Assembly: GCA_945883545.1 (NCBI GenBank)
Contig: CAMCXT010000008.1
Location: 7,396-71,395 of the forward strand
Source of the DNA: Chitinophaga pinensis
GTDB taxonomy: Bacteria; Bacteroidota; Bacteroidia; M30B66
Direction of reading: 5' to 3'
Length of the DNA: 64,000 nt
The position numbers and the translations under genes are program-made. Positions within the stretch are counted from its first letter, which is position 1; every line of letters begins with the position of its first letter. A model generated the notes under the pieces. It did not search any database. It saw only the letters and a program-made list of their open reading frames with translations, and was not told the DNA's origin. This document shows, piece after piece, positions 17,697-27,668 of the stretch.

Positions 17697-19961
17697 TTAC
17701 TTCACACTCGCTTTAATGATGTTTAGTGCAGCACCAGCTTTGAACCACTCAATTTGTTGTTCGTTATAGCTGTGGTTCACCTGAATGCTATCAGAAGTTC
17801 CGTCGCTGTGGTTAAATACCATAGTTAATGGAGTGTTTGGAGCAAACGATGTTAATCCAAGAATATCGATAGTGTCATTCTCTTGAATTTTCTCATAATC
17901 GGCTTTGTCGGCAAATGTAAGCGCCAACATACCTTGCTTCTTCAAGTTGGTTTCATGGATACGTGCAAAACTCTTCACAAGAACCGCACGAACACCCAAA
18001 TGTCTAGGTTCCATCGCAGCATGCTCACGGCTCGAACCTTCACCATAATTTTCATCACCAACTACGACAGATCCAATTCCTGCTGCTTTGTAAGCACGTT
18101 GAGTAGCTGGAACAGGACCGTATTCTCCTGTTAATTGATTCTTCACGTTATCGGTTTTCTCATTGAAGAAATTCACCGCACCGATCAACATATTGTTAGA
18201 GATGTTGTCTAAGTGACCACGGAATTTCAACCACGGACCAGCCATAGAAATATGGTCTGTTGTACACTTGCCTTTCGCTTTGATCAACAATTTCAATCCA
18301 TGAAGATCCACTCCATCCCAAGGTGTGAAAGATTCTAGCAATTGTAAACGTGTGCTATCAGGTGATACCAGAACTTGAATGTTCGAACCATCTTCCGCTG
18401 GAGCTTGATAACCTGCATCTTCCACCGCAAATCCGCGTGCTGGAAGTTCTACACCTGTTGGTTCATCCAACTTCACAGCAACACCGTCGGCATTAATTAA
18501 TGTATCGGTAATTGGATTAAAGGTAAGATCTCCTGCGATTGCAATAGCTGTAACCAATTCAGGTGAACCTACAAATGCAAATGTGTTTGGATTTCCATCG
18601 GCACGCTTTGCAAAGTTTCTGTTGAACGAGTGAACGATGGTGTTTTTCTCTTGTTTTTCTGCACCAACACGATCCCACATCCCGATACAAGGTCCGCAGG
18701 CATTTGCAAAAACTTTTGCTCCAATTTTATCGAACACTTCCAAGAATCCGTCGCGCTCAATAGTGTAACGAACTTGTTCAGATCCAGGTGTGATGGTAAA
18801 TTCAGCTTTTGGCGCCAATTTTTTATCCGCCGCTTGGCGAGCGAGAGAAACCGAACGGCTAATGTCTTCATAGGAAGAGTTTGTGCAAGAACCGATCAAG
18901 CCAACATCTACTTTGGTAGGCCAACCGTTTGCTGCAGCAACTTCTTTCATTTTAGAAATTGGAGTTGCCAAATCTGGAGTGAATGGCCCGTTCAAGTGTG
19001 GTTCCAATTCATCCAAATTGATTTCAATCACTTGATCGAAATATTGTTCTGGATTTGCATAAACTTCCGCATCTGCAGTAAGGTGTGGACGAATTCCGTT
19101 TGCCAAATCTGCAATTTCTGCACGACCAGTTGAACGCAAGTAACGTTCCATTGAATCGTCGTAACCAAAAGTGGATGTAGTTGCTCCAATTTCAGCACCC
19201 ATGTTGCAAATGGTTCCTTTTCCGGTGCAGCTCATTGATGTAGCACCTTCGCCGAAATATTCTACAATAGCACCGGTTCCACCTTTAACGGTAAGGATTC
19301 CAGCCACTTTCAAAATCACGTCTTTCGGGGAAGTCCAACCGCTAAGTTTACCGGTCAATTTCACACCGATCAACTTAGGCCATTTCAATTCCCAAGCTAA
19401 ACCAGCCATCACATCGCAAGCATCTGCACCACCAACACCGATTGCAATCATGCCCAATCCACCTGCATTTACAGTGTGCGAATCGGTTCCGATCATCATC
19501 CCGCCAGGGAAAGCATAGTTTTCAAGTACCACTTGGTGAATAATTCCAGCACCTGGTTTCCAGAAGCCAATTCCATATTTATTGGAAATTGACGCGAGGA
19601 AATCGTAAACTTCTTTGTTTCCAGTAACTGCTTTATTGAGGTCGGTTGCTGAATCAACTTGCGCTGTAATCAAGTGATCGCAATGCACTGAAGATGGAAC
19701 GGCAACTTTTGGGCGGCCTGCTTGCATGAACTGAAGCAAAGCCATTTGAGCAGTTGCATCTTGCATCGCAACACGATCCGGCGCAAAGTCAACGTAGTCC
19801 TTACCTCTTTCGAATGCTTTTGAAGCAGGGTTTTCCCAAAGGTGAGCGTAAAGGATTTTTTCTGACAAAGTGAGGGGCTTGCCTGTATTTTTACGGGCTG
19901 CTTCAATACGTTCGCCGAATCGGGCGTAAACGTTGCGGATCATTTCGAGATCAAATGCCAT
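17697..19961 (-). CDS. acnA: Aconitate hydratase (mitochondrial-type, ~754 aa)
   Basis: GTDSHT, ...IGSCTNSS..., ...ANACGPCIG... Fe-S ligand motifs and full-length similarity to aconitase. Confidence 0.93.
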   Translation of the reverse strand: MAFDLEMIRNVYARFGERIEAARKNTGKPLTLSEKILYAHLWENPASKAFERGKDYVDFAPDRVAMQDATAQMALLQFMQAGRPKVAVPSSVHCDHLITAQVDSATDLNKAVTGNKEVYDFLASISNKYGIGFWKPGAGIIHQVVLENYAFPGGMMIGTDSHTVNAGGLGMIAIGVGGADACDVMAGLAWELKWPKLIGVKLTGKLSGWTSPKDVILKVAGILTVKGGTGAIVEYFGEGATSMSCTGKGTICNMGAEIGATTSTFGYDDSMERYLRSTGRAEIADLANGIRPHLTADAEVYANPEQYFDQVIEINLDELEPHLNGPFTPDLATPISKMKEVAAANGWPTKVDVGLIGSCTNSSYEDISRSVSLARQAADKKLAPKAEFTITPGSEQVRYTIERDGFLEVFDKIGAKVFANACGPCIGMWDRVGAEKQEKNTIVHSFNRNFAKRADGNPNTFAFVGSPELVTAIAIAGDLTFNPITDTLINADGVAVKLDEPTGVELPARGFAVEDAGYQAPAEDGSNIQVLVSPDSTRLQLLESFTPWDGVDLHGLKLLIKAKGKCTTDHISMAGPWLKFRGHLDNISNNMLIGAVNFFNEKTDNVKNQLTGEYGPVPATQRAYKAAGIGSVVVGDENYGEGSSREHAAMEPRHLGVRAVLVKSFARIHETNLKKQGMLALTFADKADYEKIQENDTIDILGLTSFAPNTPLTMVFNHSDGTSDSIQVNHSYNEQQIEWFKAGAALNIIKASVK

Positions 19962-20095
19962 GCTTTTTATAGTTATTTATTTGAAAATCAGATTTTTGTG
20001 CATTTTCTAATGCAATGGCTAAAATAAGGCACTCGCACCATCCATACAAGTAAAACCATTTTAAATTAGGAAATGTTTTTGGCAAATGGTCTAGG

Positions 20096-20305
20096 TTACT
20101 TCACTGTACACACATAACTTTCAAATTCTTTCTTCAATACTCTAGCATTTAGGATCATTTTACCAACCAAACCTGTTTCACACATTTCAACTTTACTGCC
20201 CTCTACTGTGCAACCAAATTCTGTTGAAGTGTCGACGCATTTGTATTCGAAGCATTTATTTCAAGAACCAAATATTAAAAGGACTACAGAAAATGAAAGC
20301 AACAT
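20096..20305 (-). pseudogene. Small Cys-rich lipoprotein-like ORF interrupted by an in-frame TGA at codon 15
   Basis: MLLSFSVVLLIFGS-TGA-NKCFEYKCVDTSTEFGCTVEGSKVEMCETGLVGK...VCTVK-TAA, all in one frame. The TGA sits where a lipobox Cys would be. Confidence 0.35.
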
Positions 20306-20517
20306 TTTTTTATAATTCAAATATAATTGAACGAAAAATTTTTGCGAATTAAAAATCCAAAATTGTCTATTAAAACCAACATGAACTAGAGTTAATTTAC
20401 AATAATAATTCTACTGATAATACATATAAGAAGTAGTTTATCAACAAGCTATTGGCTGGCTAAAATTAATTCCGACATTCGCCCTGCACTGTATCGGTCA
20501 ACCTAGATCGGATTATC

Positions 20518-22788
20518 ATGAATGAATTTGCTGAAACAACAGATGCTGCCGAATTGGTTATTAACCTAATTCAACGCAGTGCTCTCAATATATTTCTAAC
20601 CGGAAAGGCTGGAACAGGGAAGACTACACTTATTCGTAAAGTCTGTGAAACCACTTATAAAAGGTTTGCAATCCTCGCTCCTACTGGAGTTGCAGCCATC
20701 AATGCTGGTGGTGTTACTATCCATTCATTCCTTCGGGTTCATCCACATACTTTTTTACCTAGCGGACAAGTTCCTCCCGGAGAAGGGAATCGTTTCGAAA
20801 CGTCATTTACACTAGGCAGAAACATGCGATTGACGAAGGATAGGATTCAAATTCTTCGGAATATCGACCTACTTATTATCGATGAAATTTCGATGGTTCG
20901 ATGCGATTTGCTTGATGCAATGGATACAATCCTTCGAAAGTACCGTCAAAATCAAGCGCCTTTTGGTGGTGTTCAATTGCTCATGAGTGGAGATTTGTAC
21001 CAATTGCCTCCAGTGGTGAAAGAAGAGGACGCTAGATTGCTCAAAGAGTTTTATCCGTCTTTTTATTTCTACGAATCCAAAGCACTCCAAAAAGCAGGTT
21101 TCTTACCGATAGAATTGAAAGAAGTATACCGCCAATCGGATCCTATTTTTCTCAATATTCTAAACGAAATCAGAGAAGGATATCTAACCCACGAGTCGGC
21201 TCATTTACTTGAAGCAAGATACAATCCCAATCCGCCAGAGAATTCAAATGATGGCTACATAACACTTACTTCACATGTGGCTCAAGCTGAGAGAATAAAT
21301 GCTCAAAAACTAGAATCGCTCAAAGCAACAAAGTTTTCTTTTGATGCACGAATTGAAGGTGAATTCCCTCAACAAGCCTATCCAACAGACCAACAACTCA
21401 TCTTGAAATTAGGTGCACAGGTTATGTTTATAAAAAACAACCGTGAATTAAATTATTTCAATGGGAAAATTGGTTGGATTGAAGATGTAAATATTGAGAA
21501 TGAAACAATAAAAGTTAGGTGTGAAAAGAATGAAATCCTGCATGTTCCTAGAGAAGTATGGGAGAACAACCAATATGGATTTGATGATGAAAAAAACACA
21601 GTAAAACAAAATGTAGTTGGTAAATTCTATCAATATCCTTTACGTTTAGCTTGGGCGATAACAATCCACAAAAGCCAAGGCTTAACTTTCGATAAAGCCA
21701 TTGTTGATGCAGGAAAGGCATTTGCTTCAGGTCAAGTGTATGTTGCATTAAGTAGATGCAGAACCCTTGAAGGATTGATATTAAGTAGCAGAATTTCAGC
21801 TGGCGACCAATTAAATGATTTGAACGTAGGTTATTTTCACCAAACATTTCCTGAAGCCCATGAAAGAAAAGCGGTTTCAGATGCAGCAATGCGATATTTC
21901 CCTGAATCGATCGTTTTACAATCCATTCGTATGGATGCGGTTGTTGATTTGTATCAATCGATCAGGGAACCTTTGAAAGCTGCGGCAAAATACCTGAGTG
22001 ATGATACAATTGAAAAACTTGAAGCCATTCCCCGCATGCTTCAGCACATTCAAAACATCAGCCGAAAGTACCATTATGCAGCAGCAACAATTGTTTCAGG
22101 CGGATATCAACTCGATGAAATAGAGCGATATTACAAAGCAATCGAATATTTCAAAACCCAAATTTTAGAACATTTTGCGATTCCAATCATACACACTCTG
22201 TCGGAGCTGGAACAAATCAATAAAGCAAAAAACATCCATCAACAAGTAAAAGTAGCTATCCCTGAGCTCCCAAGTTTGTTTAGAAACTTCTTACTCGGCG
22301 CTGCATATATTAAGGGAATTTCGAAAAATAACCTGGAAGGCATTAAAAAGCTAATTGACCAGCAAATTCTAGAAATTTCGATGCACCTCGATGGAGTTTA
22401 CAGACAAAAGGCGCAAATGGGGTTGCATGAAATAAAACCCAAACAGAAAAAAGAAAAAGGACCATCGCAGCCTAAGAAACCCAAGGATCATTCTAGAAAA
22501 GAAAGCCTCGATCTATTTAAAAATGGACTAACAATTTCGGAAATTGCAGCAGGTCGCGGCTTGGTTGAAGGAACCATTTGGTCGCATCTGTTGAAATCGT
22601 TGGTTGCTAATGAAGTTAAACTTGATGAATTGTTGGTAAAAGATGATATCGACGAAATTCAGCGATTTATGTGGAAACATCCTGAGCATGATTCATTAGG
22701 GAAATTGATTCAAGCCACAGAAGACCGATTCAATCCAAATCATCTGAAATTGGTTTGGACACAAAAATTAATGGATACAAATCATTAA
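20518..22788 (+). CDS. Pif1/RecD-like SF1 DNA helicase with C-terminal HTH domain
   Basis: Walker A GKAGTGKTT, DEISMV, ...ITIHKSQGLTFD..., VALSRCR. C-terminal ...ISEIAAGRGLVEGTIWSHL HTH-like segment. Confidence 0.8.
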   Translation: MNEFAETTDAAELVINLIQRSALNIFLTGKAGTGKTTLIRKVCETTYKRFAILAPTGVAAINAGGVTIHSFLRVHPHTFLPSGQVPPGEGNRFETSFTLGRNMRLTKDRIQILRNIDLLIIDEISMVRCDLLDAMDTILRKYRQNQAPFGGVQLLMSGDLYQLPPVVKEEDARLLKEFYPSFYFYESKALQKAGFLPIELKEVYRQSDPIFLNILNEIREGYLTHESAHLLEARYNPNPPENSNDGYITLTSHVAQAERINAQKLESLKATKFSFDARIEGEFPQQAYPTDQQLILKLGAQVMFIKNNRELNYFNGKIGWIEDVNIENETIKVRCEKNEILHVPREVWENNQYGFDDEKNTVKQNVVGKFYQYPLRLAWAITIHKSQGLTFDKAIVDAGKAFASGQVYVALSRCRTLEGLILSSRISAGDQLNDLNVGYFHQTFPEAHERKAVSDAAMRYFPESIVLQSIRMDAVVDLYQSIREPLKAAAKYLSDDTIEKLEAIPRMLQHIQNISRKYHYAAATIVSGGYQLDEIERYYKAIEYFKTQILEHFAIPIIHTLSELEQINKAKNIHQQVKVAIPELPSLFRNFLLGAAYIKGISKNNLEGIKKLIDQQILEISMHLDGVYRQKAQMGLHEIKPKQKKEKGPSQPKKPKDHSRKESLDLFKNGLTISEIAAGRGLVEGTIWSHLLKSLVANEVKLDELLVKDDIDEIQRFMWKHPEHDSLGKLIQATEDRFNPNHLKLVWTQKLMDTNH

Positions 22789-22938
22789 CGGTCTTTATTG
22801 AATATTCGTTCTGTGGACAAAAGTAATTCCAATGTTTGAAGTGCTTTAACCCAAACGAAAATTCAATTTAAATAAACATCTTTTGACCTTTGTTTTGAAA
22901 TAAAAAACTTTGTAATAGAATTCAATTTAAAACTTATG

Positions 22939-22980
22939 AAAAAAATCCCTCAGTAAACTGATAATAGTCTACTGAGGGAT
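22939..22980 (-). terminator. Rho-independent terminator of the 23001-24281 gene (hairpin shared by convergent genes)
   Basis: ATCCCTCAGTA-N14-TACTGAGGGAT 11-bp stem, followed on the minus strand by TTTTTTT. Confidence 0.65.
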
Positions 22981-23000
22981 AAATCAGATTTTATTGTTGT

Positions 23001-24281
23001 TTACAATTTAAAGGCTCTATAAATCTCTTGCATATTTGAGTTGTTGTCTTTCAAGGCAAATGGCAGCTGTTCTGAAATTATCGTGAGCAGATTATAGATT
23101 TCTTCGAATGTATGATTTGTTGTTAAAGGAATTCTCAAACCAGTGTTCTTGTATGGCACACTTGGAAATACGCTCAAATTGATATAAAATCCTTTGTTCA
23201 TGATTCGAGTAACCATATTGTAACCAACTGCAGGTTTCCCAACACCAATGAAGAAAATTGGAGAATTTGACTCACCAATCAATGGTAAATTCAACTGCTT
23301 ACAAGTTTCTACAAAGTAATCCACTCGCTTTTGAAGCTCCATTTGGCGTCCTTTGATTTCCTCACTTAAGTGGATTTTCGCTGAGGCAATAATTGCACCC
23401 AACATCGGTGGTTGAATTGGGCCAGAAAAGATGAAAGTGCCACCGCAGTTTCTAACTTTTCGCTTAATTTTCTCATCAGGAAAAACCAAAACGCCACCAC
23501 AAGCAGCGAAACTTTTTGCTAATCCTGCAACTAAAAACAACCTTTCATGAAATGGCTTTTTACTCAAGACATATCCAGTTCCATTTTTACCTGCCCAACC
23601 TGTTCCGTGAGCATCATCAACATACAAATTGAACTGAGGATATTTATCAAGAAGTTTATAAAGATCATCAATTGGGAGAAAATCGCCATACATCGAATAA
23701 ACTCCATCTGCCATGTACCAAATCTTCTCAAACTTTTCGCTCAGCTCTAAAATTCTCTCTTCAAGAATATCCATTCTGTTGTGACGAATCAATTCAACAT
23801 GCACTCCACGCGCTTTGATCAACTGAGAAGCTGTTTGAACACAAGCATGAACTTGAAGATCAAGTATTACAGCATCACGATCGCCTACTAGAACTGGTAT
23901 GTTAGATAAGTGACCTAATGTAACTGTTGGAGCCAATAAAATCGGACGCTCAAAAATTTCTTCTAATAGATTTTCAGCTTCGGTGTATAGCGTTACTGAT
24001 GCATAAGCTCGTGAAGAAGAAAACTGAGAACCATAGTTTGTAACTGCATCAATAACACCTTGTACAATTGAAGGGTGCTTTTCTAAGCCAAGATAGCTGC
24101 AAGAACCAAAATTAACCACCTTTTTACCATTCACCTGAATAGACGCACCATGAATTTCTTTATCTTGAACTTCCAGCTGTGCAATTCCTAATGATGCAGA
24201 AATGATTGTTACTTCGTCGATTGTTTCTAAGACTTGCTCATGCCTCGTTTTTGTTTGTTGAGTGGTAGTATTTTGGCTCAT
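23001..24281 (-). CDS. PLP-dependent alpha-oxoamine synthase family acyltransferase (AONS/KBL/serine palmitoyltransferase-like)
   Basis: ...FGSCSYLGL..., ...YVDDAHGTG..., ...GLAKSFAACGG (Lys in SF context). ATG 24281 (MSQNTTT) preferred over TTG 24308. Confidence 0.8.
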   Translation of the reverse strand: MSQNTTTQQTKTRHEQVLETIDEVTIISASLGIAQLEVQDKEIHGASIQVNGKKVVNFGSCSYLGLEKHPSIVQGVIDAVTNYGSQFSSSRAYASVTLYTEAENLLEEIFERPILLAPTVTLGHLSNIPVLVGDRDAVILDLQVHACVQTASQLIKARGVHVELIRHNRMDILEERILELSEKFEKIWYMADGVYSMYGDFLPIDDLYKLLDKYPQFNLYVDDAHGTGWAGKNGTGYVLSKKPFHERLFLVAGLAKSFAACGGVLVFPDEKIKRKVRNCGGTFIFSGPIQPPMLGAIIASAKIHLSEEIKGRQMELQKRVDYFVETCKQLNLPLIGESNSPIFFIGVGKPAVGYNMVTRIMNKGFYINLSVFPSVPYKNTGLRIPLTTNHTFEEIYNLLTIISEQLPFALKDNNSNMQEIYRAFKL

Positions 24282-24499
24282 AACTGACAACAGGTAGGTT
24301 TTGATCAAATTTCACTATGTATTGCTTCGCTTTTAAAGAAAAATCTTGAAAGATATAGACAGGGTTATTAACATTCTCAAACATTTGATAAATAACCCTT
24401 TGGAGCTATAGAAAAACAGGTTTTTCACTGTTTATTAACAACTTGTATCAAATGAGAATTCTTCAACTATTTTTGAAGGAATAATTCAAATGTAGAAGT

Positions 24500-24835
24500 A
24501 TGATTGCTGAAGAAAAAGAAACTGAAAAATTATTTTATTCAATCGGTGAGGTAGCCGATCAGTTTGGCGTTAATCCTTCGTTGATTAGATTTTGGGAGAA
24601 GGAGTTTGAAATCATCAAACCCAGAAAAAATAAAAAAGGAAACAGGCTTTTCACCATCGAAGACTTGCAAAATTTTCGAACGATATATCATCTTGTAAAA
24701 GAGCGTGGTTATACCCTCGAAGGAGCTCGTCAAAAACTCAAAGGTGGAAAATCAAAACTAGACAAAGAGGCTGATATTGTAGGGAAATTAACAAAGATCA
24801 GGTCTTTCTTAGTTGAATTAAGAAATAACTTGTAG
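24500..24835 (+). CDS. MerR-family transcriptional regulator
   Basis: YSIGEVADQFGVNPSLIRFWEKEF...GNRLFT..DL MerR HTH signature, 111 aa. Confidence 0.85.
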   Translation: MIAEEKETEKLFYSIGEVADQFGVNPSLIRFWEKEFEIIKPRKNKKGNRLFTIEDLQNFRTIYHLVKERGYTLEGARQKLKGGKSKLDKEADIVGKLTKIRSFLVELRNNL

Positions 24836-24849
24836 TCAAGCCAATTCAA

Positions 24850-26328
24850 TTATTCATCTGGCAAAGCATACCACTTTCGATAAGATTTGTAAATTAAAGT
24901 TGGAATTAGAATTATCAATAACAAAATACCTACGATTTCTGCTACCTGAATTCTAACTTCGAATTCAGCATAATAGCTATAGTAATTTGGGCTGCCTCCA
25001 TAACGAGAACTTATAATCTCATTATAATAAAGTACGATTATCACAGGCAAAAAGCCTATCACTAAAGTAAATAAGTTTAATGCTACTCCTTGTATTTTGC
25101 TTTTCCTTGTTGATTTAAAGATGGAAAAAGTAGATATAAAAAACATGAGAATATACAGTAACATCAAGTTATAAATACCAATTTCGTCAAGGGATAAAAA
25201 TGCTCCTAACAATCCCGAAATCATCATCAACAAGACACTCACAAACAACGACAAGAAAAATACTTTTGTAGTAGAATGTCTAAAGACAAAAATCAACAAC
25301 GACAATCCTAGCACAGTGTAAAACCAAATTCTAAAAAATACTTCAATAGCTTCACCACTCCAGAAATATTTTCTAAATGAAATATTTCCAAGTCCTTCCT
25401 CAATACTTCTAATACCAAGCATATCAAGATAGGAAGAACCATCACTTTCATAGTAAGTTCTATTTAAATAATAATCCTCGTCTGATGCATACTTTATTTT
25501 GAATTTCTCGAATTCAGTGCGCCATTTGCTAAGACTGTCAGAATTATAATTTCTATGAATCGAATTATAAAACTCCAAGTTGCTTAAGCTTTTTACTGGA
25601 AAATAATTCTTTGATTTATCTGCATTTAAAAAACGATAATTAGGTGCAGTTAACAATATATAATAACCATTCCCAATTGAAACAATGCTATCATAATCAA
25701 CAATTTTTCTAAGCAAAAATTCTTGTGTGCATATATTCAAAGATCCTTCCAAATAATTCTCAATTACATAAGTATTTTTATCATTCTCTGCTTGAATCAA
25801 AGAATCAGAAACCAATAAAGTATCTCCAGTAAAATCTACAATTAATGAATCATAAATGAGCTCACTAATCAAGAAGTTCATTCGTTCTGCTTCTAAAATC
25901 AACTCTTCAGATGTGTAGGCTTGATCTGCCCGATATGCCTCGATAGCAGAAGGCAAAAATGGCAACAAAACAAACCATCCCAATGATGCAAAGAGTAGTA
26001 AAAATGATCCCAACATCGATTTCCATGTATAAGTTCCAAAACGTTTAAAGACATTGAATCTCAGAAGATAGATCAACCAAATAATTATCCCAACTACAGA
26101 AATAATCAGAACGAAAAATGTAGGCAAATAAACGACAGACTCATGGCGAGGATCATTTGGAATCGTGAAAAAGATGAGTGCTAAAATTGCTAACGACAAC
26201 AATCCTAACCAACTAACTAAATGCGCTCTTGATGTCCATAAAACGGGATTGTTCAAAAGCAACTTATGATCGAATTTCCTCAGAAATGCTGGCAAAAACC
26301 AAGATTTCAATTTTTCTATTATTCTCAT
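24850..26328 (-). CDS. Polytopic membrane protein of unknown function (probable partner of the upstream ABC ATPase)
   Basis: 492 aa. TM clusters at both ends around a soluble ~200-aa middle. 5-nt gap to the ATPase gene. Confidence 0.6.
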   Translation of the reverse strand: MRIIEKLKSWFLPAFLRKFDHKLLLNNPVLWTSRAHLVSWLGLLSLAILALIFFTIPNDPRHESVVYLPTFFVLIISVVGIIIWLIYLLRFNVFKRFGTYTWKSMLGSFLLLFASLGWFVLLPFLPSAIEAYRADQAYTSEELILEAERMNFLISELIYDSLIVDFTGDTLLVSDSLIQAENDKNTYVIENYLEGSLNICTQEFLLRKIVDYDSIVSIGNGYYILLTAPNYRFLNADKSKNYFPVKSLSNLEFYNSIHRNYNSDSLSKWRTEFEKFKIKYASDEDYYLNRTYYESDGSSYLDMLGIRSIEEGLGNISFRKYFWSGEAIEVFFRIWFYTVLGLSLLIFVFRHSTTKVFFLSLFVSVLLMMISGLLGAFLSLDEIGIYNLMLLYILMFFISTFSIFKSTRKSKIQGVALNLFTLVIGFLPVIIVLYYNEIISSRYGGSPNYYSYYAEFEVRIQVAEIVGILLLIILIPTLIYKSYRKWYALPDE

Positions 26329-26333
26329 TCTAA

Positions 26334-27494
26334 TTAATTGAAATAACGTTTTGTAGAGTGTGTGATATCCCTGAAATAGGTAACTGGGATATTTTTTGAG
26401 AAAACCAATTGAATAATTTGCTGAGCATTCAATGATTCAGAGCTCAACGTGTAGAAAACACCATTAAATTGTAGTTGAATATCGCTTTGCTGAAATAAAT
26501 CAACCAGTCCTTCTCGAGAAATGCTTGTTTCCAACTCTATAACTGTTGAAGGTTTTTCATTAGTAGCTTCCCCAGTTGTAAACAAACACTTTCCTTGTTT
26601 AATAAATAGAACTCTATCGGCAACTTTTTCAACTTCATGCAATTGCTGAGAACTTAATACAATTCCCAATGGATGATAAGTTGATTTAGCCAAATACCGC
26701 AAATCAGTAAGAATTGTTTGTTGGGCATTGATATCAAGATTCGCAAGAGGTTCATCCAATATCAACAATCCAGGCTTAAACAAAAGCACCCGCGCAATCT
26801 CGAACCGGGTCCGATAACCACTACTGATCTTATCCCAAGTTAAATGAGCATACTTAGATAAATTTAGGCGCTCGAGCATAAAATCAACCATCAATTCATT
26901 TCGTTCGCCATGTAAACCAGCAAGTGACGCTGAAAAACAAAGATTGTCTTTTAAATAGCCAAACCATTTTGGAATTCTTTGCGGAATGAATGCAACATGA
27001 TTTTTCACAGAATAAAAATCTGCATTTGGAATTCTATTGTACTCAATCTTTCCACTATCGATCGCCAATTGACCAGACAAGCATCTTAAAAAAGTGGTTT
27101 TACCATTTCCATTCTCACCAACAATTCCAACGATGTCAGATGTATTTATTTCAAGTGAAATCGGTGAAAGGCTAAAATTGCTTCCAATATATTTTTTTGA
27201 AATCGAATTAACTTTGATCAGTGTTTCTGAATTAAATGACAATGGTGGAGTCGCACGATCCAAAGCATCCAACAAATCTAAAGACTCAGCCTTTAAAGCG
27301 GAATTAATTTGAAGAGAATCATTCTCTATTCGCGATTGATGATAGTTCTTACTTATTGAAATTGCCATTTTCAATAAATCTGTTTGATTTATCTCTAAAC
27401 TATAATCTAATAATCTTCGAATAGCCAATGAATCATCGCCATGCTCCAAAAAACTCTTTATCTCAGCTGATTTGTTTATCATACTATTAAACAA
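26334..27494 (-). CDS. ABC transporter ATP-binding protein with ~100-aa N-terminal helical extension
   Basis: Walker A GENGNGKTT, signature SSGYRTR, Walker B LILDEP. The N-terminal 100 aa lie outside the ABC fold. Confidence 0.8.
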   Translation of the reverse strand: MFNSMINKSAEIKSFLEHGDDSLAIRRLLDYSLEINQTDLLKMAISISKNYHQSRIENDSLQINSALKAESLDLLDALDRATPPLSFNSETLIKVNSISKKYIGSNFSLSPISLEINTSDIVGIVGENGNGKTTFLRCLSGQLAIDSGKIEYNRIPNADFYSVKNHVAFIPQRIPKWFGYLKDNLCFSASLAGLHGERNELMVDFMLERLNLSKYAHLTWDKISSGYRTRFEIARVLLFKPGLLILDEPLANLDINAQQTILTDLRYLAKSTYHPLGIVLSSQQLHEVEKVADRVLFIKQGKCLFTTGEATNEKPSTVIELETSISREGLVDLFQQSDIQLQFNGVFYTLSSESLNAQQIIQLVFSKNIPVTYFRDITHSTKRYFN

Positions 27495-27668
27495 TTATAA
27501 AAGTAAACCTCACCAATGTAACGAATTGAATGCAACAAAATGATAGAGTGGCAAATATTTCAACGAATAAATTTCAACCAACAAAAAAGCCAAAAGATAG
27601 ATTAATAAGCTAAGAACATTTTCAAATCTCCTCGATTTTAGGTGGTTTTAAATCTTATTTTTGCAAAT

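Noticed and set aside
18569-19518. ORFs 18569-18871(-), 18630-19133(+) and 19171-19518(+)
   Set aside because: These are inside the aconitase gene in other frames or antisense, and aconitase motifs are continuous in the called frame.
20261-20263. In-frame TGA as a selenocysteine codon
   Set aside because: I saw no convincing SECIS-like hairpin immediately downstream and no sel genes in the window. A point-mutated Cys codon is the simpler explanation, so it is kept only as a low-probability alternative in the finding.
20439-20447. ATCAACAAG upstream of the Pif1-like gene matching the conserved ATCAACAAG block of the array-1 core
   Set aside because: A single 9-mer match is expected by chance at roughly this frequency in 64 kb on two strands, and none of the other core blocks are nearby.
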